The notes below the pieces were generated by a model, which was not told the origin of the DNA, ran no database searches, and saw nothing but the letters and a program-made list of their open reading frames with translations. The position numbers and the translations under genes are program-made. DNA of 45,211 nucleotides from Acidobacteriota bacterium (GTDB taxonomy: Bacteria; Actinomycetota; Acidimicrobiia; Spongiisociales; UBA11373): contig JACZWZ010000004.1 of NCBI GenBank assembly GCA_022571885.1, positions 1-45,211 on the forward strand. Direction: 5' to 3'. Shown here piece by piece: positions 40,854 to 45,211 of the stretch; within the stretch, counting starts at the first letter, position 1; each line of letters starts with the position of its first letter.

Positions 40854-43800
40854 TCAAGCTTTTCCACCTACCTGGCATCCGAAGGATGATCAAGCCGAGT
40901 GCCACCAACCGCGCCCACGGCTCCAGTGATCCAAACGCGGAAGCAGTACCCGCGCCTCGCCGTATCGCCCGAGCGCTGTCGCTGCCCGCAGCCGCCTTGA
41001 TCCTTGGCGGATTGTTCCTGTCGGGTTCTCTGTCCGCCTTCTCGCCACTGACCGACAACGCCGCCCCCCTGGTCTCCCAGGCCGATCTCAGCGGCAGCTT
41101 GGTCACCTCGGCCGACGAGGCGGAGATCAGCGTCGGGGGCGAGACGCTGATCATCACCCTCACCAACGACAGCTGGGATGCAACGGTGGGAGCCGACAAC
41201 GCCATCACCACCGCCCTGATCAACGGCATCGACTCCGCCGGGGCCGAAGCCGCCGGCTGGGACGCAGTAGTAAAGGCCGGCCTCACCTTTAGCGACGTGA
41301 CCCGCACCAGCAACACCGTGGTCACCATCACCCTGCCCGCCTTCGGCACCTACGACATCAGCGCCGATGAGACCATCACCGTCACCGTGCCCGCCACCGC
41401 ACTCGTCGGAGACGCCCTCGTGGCGACACCCACCTTCGACATCCTCGCTGCCCAGGCGGCTCTCATCGGCAGCTTGGTCCCCTCGGCCGACGAAGGACAG
41501 ATCGTCGCCGGGGGCGAGACACTGATCATCACCCTCAGCAACGACACCTGGGACCCAACGGTGGGAGCCGACAACGCCATCACCACCGCCCTGATCAACG
41601 GTATCGACTCCGCCGGGGCCGAAGCCGCCGGCTGGGACGCAGTAGTAAAGGCCGGCCTCACCTTCAGCGACGTGACCCGCACCAGCAGCACCGTGGTCAC
41701 CATCACCCTGGGAGCCGAACCGACCTACCTCATCAGCGCCGATGAGACCATCACCGTCACCGTGCCCGCCACCGCGGTGACCAGTGGAGGCGCCATCGTG
41801 GCGACACCCACCTTCGACATCATCGAGATTTCCCAGGCCGATCTCAGCGGCAGCGTGGTTCCTGATGCCGCCCGGTCCGAGATCAGCGCCGGGGGCGAGA
41901 CGCTGATCATCACCCTCACCTACGACAGCTGGGACCCAACGGTGGGAGCCGACAACGCCATCACCACCGCCCTGATCAACGGTATCGACTCCGCCGGGGC
42001 CGAAGCCGCCGGCTGGGACGCAGTGGTCAAGGCCGGCTTGACCTTTAGCGACGTGACCCGCACCAGCGACAAGGTGGTCACCATCACCCTGCCCGCCTTT
42101 GGCACCTACGACATCAGCGCCGACGAGACCATCACCGTCACCGTGCCCGCCACCGCGCTGGTCGGAGGAGCCATCGTGGCCACACCCACCTTCGACATCA
42201 CTGTCTTGACCACTGCCACCTTTGGTGCGGTGGCTGATACCTGGGCCGAGCAGGACACCAACCCCGACACCAACTACGGCACAGATGTCGACATGCTGGT
42301 CAAGTCACTGTCGGCCAAGGAAGACCGGTCCTTCGTCCGGTTCGATATCTCCTCGATACCGGCCGGTGCCACCATCGACTCGGCCACCCTGACGCTGTGC
42401 GCCACCGAAGTCCCCGCAGCTACCAGGACCTACGGCGTGCACCAGGTGACCTCCGGCTGGGTGGAGACCACCCTCACCTGGAACCTGCAGCCCACCGTGG
42501 CCGCCACCGCCACCGATTCGACCACCACACCGGGCGCCCCGGGTTGCATGACCTGGACGGTGACCGCCGACGTGCAGGCCTGGGCAGACGGCACCACCAA
42601 CAACGGCTGGCGGATAAACGACTCCATCATCGACGGCGCCAACAACACCACCAAGTTCCGCACCCGCGAAGACGGCGCCGTTCCCGCCGAACAACCCCAA
42701 CTGGACGTGACCTACCTGGTCTCCCAGGCGGATCTCAGCGGCAGTTTGGTCACCTCGGCCGACGAGGCGCAGATCGGCGCCGGGGGCGAGACGCTGATCA
42801 TCACCCTGGTCGGTGACAGCTGGGACCCAACGGTGGGAGCCGACAACGCCATCACCACCGCCCTGATCAACGGCATCGACTCCGCCGGGGCCGAAGCCGC
42901 CGGCTGGGACGCAGTAGTAAAGGCCGGCCTCACCTTTAGCGACGTGACCCGCACCAGCAACAAGGTGGTCACCATCACCCTGCCCGCCTTCGGCACCTAC
43001 GACATCACCGCCGACGAGACCATCACCGTCACCGTGCCCGCCACCGCACTGACCAATGGACACGCCATCGTGGCCACACCTACCTTCGACATCATCTTCT
43101 CCCGGGCGGCTCTCAGCGGCAGTCTGGTCACCTCGGCCGACGAGCCGGAGATCGTGACTGGGGGCGAGACGCTGATCATCACCCTGGTCGGTGACAGCTG
43201 GGATGCAACGGTGGGAGCCGACAACGCCATCACCACCGCTCTGATCAACGGCATCGACTCCGCCGGGGCCGAAGCCGCCGGCTGGGACGCAGTAGTAAAG
43301 GCCGGCCTCACCTTTAGCGACGTGACCCGCACCAGCGACACCGTGGTCACCATCACCCTGGGAACCGAACCGACCTACCTCATCAGCGCCGATGAGACCA
43401 TCACCGTCACCGTGCCCGCCACCGCGGTGGTCGGAAACGCCATCGTCGCCACCCCCACCTTCGACATCACCGACATTTCCCAGGCCGATCTCAGCGGCAG
43501 CCTGGTCACCTCGGCCGACGAAGGACAGATCGTGACCGGAGGCGAAACGCTGATCATCACCCTCACCTACGACACCTGGGACCCAACGGTGGGAGCCGAC
43601 AACGCCATCACCACCGCCCTGATCAACGGCATCGACTCCGCTCAGGCCGAAGCCGCCGGCTGGAACCTGGTGGTCAAGGCCGGCTTGACCTTTAGCGACG
43701 TGACCCGCACCAGCGACACCGTGGTCACCATCACCCTGGGAACCGAACCGACCTACCTCATCAGCGCCGATGAGACCATCACCGTCACCGTGCCCGCCAC

Positions 43801-45211
43801 CGCGGTGGGTGGAGGCGCCATCGTGGCCACCCCCACCTTCGACATCATCGACATTTCCCAGGCCGATCTCAGCGGCAGCCTGGTCACCTCGGCCGACGAG
43901 GGACAGATCGTCGCCGGAGGCGAGACGCTGATCATCACCCTCACCTACGACACCTGGGACCCAACGGTGGGAGCCGACAACGCCATCACCACCGCCCTGA
44001 TCAACGGGATCGACTCCGCTCAGGCCGAAGCCGCCGGCTGGGACGCAGTAGTAAAGGCCGGCCTCACCTTTAGCGACGTGACCCGCACCAGCGACACCGT
44101 GGTCACCATCACCCTGCCCGCCTTCGGCACCTACGACATCAGCGCCGGCGAGACCATCACCGTCACCGTGCCCGCCACCGCGGTGGGTGGACCGGCCATC
44201 GTGGCCGCCCCCACCTTCGACATCACTGTGTTGACCACCGCCACCTTTGGTGCGGTGGCTGATACCTACGCCAAGCAGGACAAGTCCGCCAACAACTTCG
44301 GCACCGACACCGAGATGACTATCAAGTCACAGGCAACCAAGGAACAGCGGTCCTTCGTGCGGTTCGACACCTCCTCGATACCGGCCGGTGCCACCATCGG
44401 CTCGGCCACGCTGACGCTGTGCGCCACCGCGGTCCCCGGCGTTACCAGGACCTACGACGTGCACCAGGTGACCTCCGGCTGGGTGGAGACCACCCTGACC
44501 TGGAACCTGCAGCCCACCGTGGTCGCCGCCGCCACTGATTCAGCGACGACGCCGGGCGCACCGGGTTGCATGACCTGGACGGTGACCGCAGACGTGCAGG
44601 CCTGGGCAGACGGCACCACCAACAACGGTTGGCGGGTGACCGACTCCGTCATCGGCGCCGCCAGCGAAACCGGCAAGTTCCGCACCCGCGAAGACGGCGC
44701 CGTCCCCGCCGAACAACCCCAACTGGACGTGACCTACCTGGTCTCCGAGGCGGCTCTCAGCGGCAGCGTGGTCACCTCGGCCGACGAGGGACAGATCTTC
44801 GCCGGAGGCGAGACGCTGATCATCACCCTGTTCGGTGACAGCTGGGACCCAACGGTGGGAGCCGACAACGCCATCACCACCGCCCTGATCAACGGGATCG
44901 ATTCCGCCGGGGCCGAAGCTGGTGGCTGGGACGCAGTGGTCAAGGCCGGCTTGACCTTTAGCGACGTGACCCGCACCAGCGACAAGGTGGTCACCATCAC
45001 CCTGCCCGCCTTTGGCACCTACGACATCACCGCCGATGAGACCATCACCGTCACCGTGCCCGCCACCGCGCTGACCGTTGGAGGCGCCATCGTGGCGACA
45101 CCCACCTTCGACATCCTCGCTGCCGAGGCGGCTCTCAGCGGCAGCCTGGTCACCTCGGCCACCGAGGGACAGATCTTCGCCGGGGGCGAGACGCTGATCA
45201 TCACCCTCAGC
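40850..45211 (+). CDS. giant secreted repeat protein (>=1454 aa, partial, continues beyond window): SipW-type signal peptide, ~126-aa repeats, two DNRLRE-like domains
   Basis: ATG 40850 overlaps the peptidase stop (alternative ATG 40886). The frame stays consistent to the last base (...GETLIITLS) and I saw no stop. Signal RRIARALSLPAAALILGGLFLSGSLSAFSPLTDN. Confidence 0.9.
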   Translation, partial: MIKLFHLPGIRRMIKPSATNRAHGSSDPNAEAVPAPRRIARALSLPAAALILGGLFLSGSLSAFSPLTDNAAPLVSQADLSGSLVTSADEAEISVGGETLIITLTNDSWDATVGADNAITTALINGIDSAGAEAAGWDAVVKAGLTFSDVTRTSNTVVTITLPAFGTYDISADETITVTVPATALVGDALVATPTFDILAAQAALIGSLVPSADEGQIVAGGETLIITLSNDTWDPTVGADNAITTALINGIDSAGAEAAGWDAVVKAGLTFSDVTRTSSTVVTITLGAEPTYLISADETITVTVPATAVTSGGAIVATPTFDIIEISQADLSGSVVPDAARSEISAGGETLIITLTYDSWDPTVGADNAITTALINGIDSAGAEAAGWDAVVKAGLTFSDVTRTSDKVVTITLPAFGTYDISADETITVTVPATALVGGAIVATPTFDITVLTTATFGAVADTWAEQDTNPDTNYGTDVDMLVKSLSAKEDRSFVRFDISSIPAGATIDSATLTLCATEVPAATRTYGVHQVTSGWVETTLTWNLQPTVAATATDSTTTPGAPGCMTWTVTADVQAWADGTTNNGWRINDSIIDGANNTTKFRTREDGAVPAEQPQLDVTYLVSQADLSGSLVTSADEAQIGAGGETLIITLVGDSWDPTVGADNAITTALINGIDSAGAEAAGWDAVVKAGLTFSDVTRTSNKVVTITLPAFGTYDITADETITVTVPATALTNGHAIVATPTFDIIFSRAALSGSLVTSADEPEIVTGGETLIITLVGDSWDATVGADNAITTALINGIDSAGAEAAGWDAVVKAGLTFSDVTRTSDTVVTITLGTEPTYLISADETITVTVPATAVVGNAIVATPTFDITDISQADLSGSLVTSADEGQIVTGGETLIITLTYDTWDPTVGADNAITTALINGIDSAQAEAAGWNLVVKAGLTFSDVTRTSDTVVTITLGTEPTYLISADETITVTVPATAVGGGAIVATPTFDIIDISQADLSGSLVTSADEGQIVAGGETLIITLTYDTWDPTVGADNAITTALINGIDSAQAEAAGWDAVVKAGLTFSDVTRTSDTVVTITLPAFGTYDISAGETITVTVPATAVGGPAIVAAPTFDITVLTTATFGAVADTYAKQDKSANNFGTDTEMTIKSQATKEQRSFVRFDTSSIPAGATIGSATLTLCATAVPGVTRTYDVHQVTSGWVETTLTWNLQPTVVAAATDSATTPGAPGCMTWTVTADVQAWADGTTNNGWRVTDSVIGAASETGKFRTREDGAVPAEQPQLDVTYLVSEAALSGSVVTSADEGQIFAGGETLIITLFGDSWDPTVGADNAITTALINGIDSAGAEAGGWDAVVKAGLTFSDVTRTSDKVVTITLPAFGTYDITADETITVTVPATALTVGGAIVATPTFDILAAEAALSGSLVTSATEGQIFAGGETLIITLS
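41072..45211 (+). repeat. intragenic tandem repeats, 375-381 bp unit, 8 complete plus 1 partial, interrupted by two ~510-bp domains
   Basis: Anchor (D/A)L(S/I)GS codons at 41084, 41459, 41840, 42731, 43109, 43487, 43865, 44753 and 45131; second domain type at ~42209-42717 and ~44232-44739. Confidence 0.95.

Noticed and set aside
40816-45204. Series of repeated short minus-strand ORFs (MPKAGRVMVTT...)
   Set aside because: They are antisense shadows of the repeats in the giant + strand gene.

Overview
High-GC bacterial DNA, most likely an actinobacterium and probably Acidimicrobiia-like (inferred from F420-dependent enzymes, a CGNR regulator and gene style). The left part (1-10.5 kb) is a branched-chain amino acid cluster: ilvD divergent from an attenuated ilvL-ilvB-ilvN-ilvC-[stand-alone LeuA-regulatory-like domain]-leuB-leuC-leuD operon, with ilvE convergent. 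ilvD is 3'-truncated and fused tail-to-tail to a hutH fragment at a ~20 bp sequence readable by both genes. The middle holds ABC transporters, hydrolases, PhzF, tRNA-Gly(CCC), a Rex-box-preceded hemN, a metzincin lipoprotein, dcd, an EamA/CGNR module and an FtsX-type ABC system. The right part (33-45 kb) is a rearranged accessory region with five elements: a frameshifted DUF559 nuclease gene flanked by inverted copies of a ~48-bp palindromic repeat that is also dispersed through the window; an IS3 remnant; an inverted pseudogenised copy of the dppD/hydrolase pair; a duplicated promoter with a signal-peptide remnant; and a SipW-type signal peptidase coupled to a giant secreted protein. That protein (>=1454 aa, running off the window and absent from the ORF track) is built from ~126-aa tandem repeats and DNRLRE-like domains. 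Inverted heptamer-repeat hairpins recur at several gene boundaries. All family assignments come from motif recognition by eye, not database searches.
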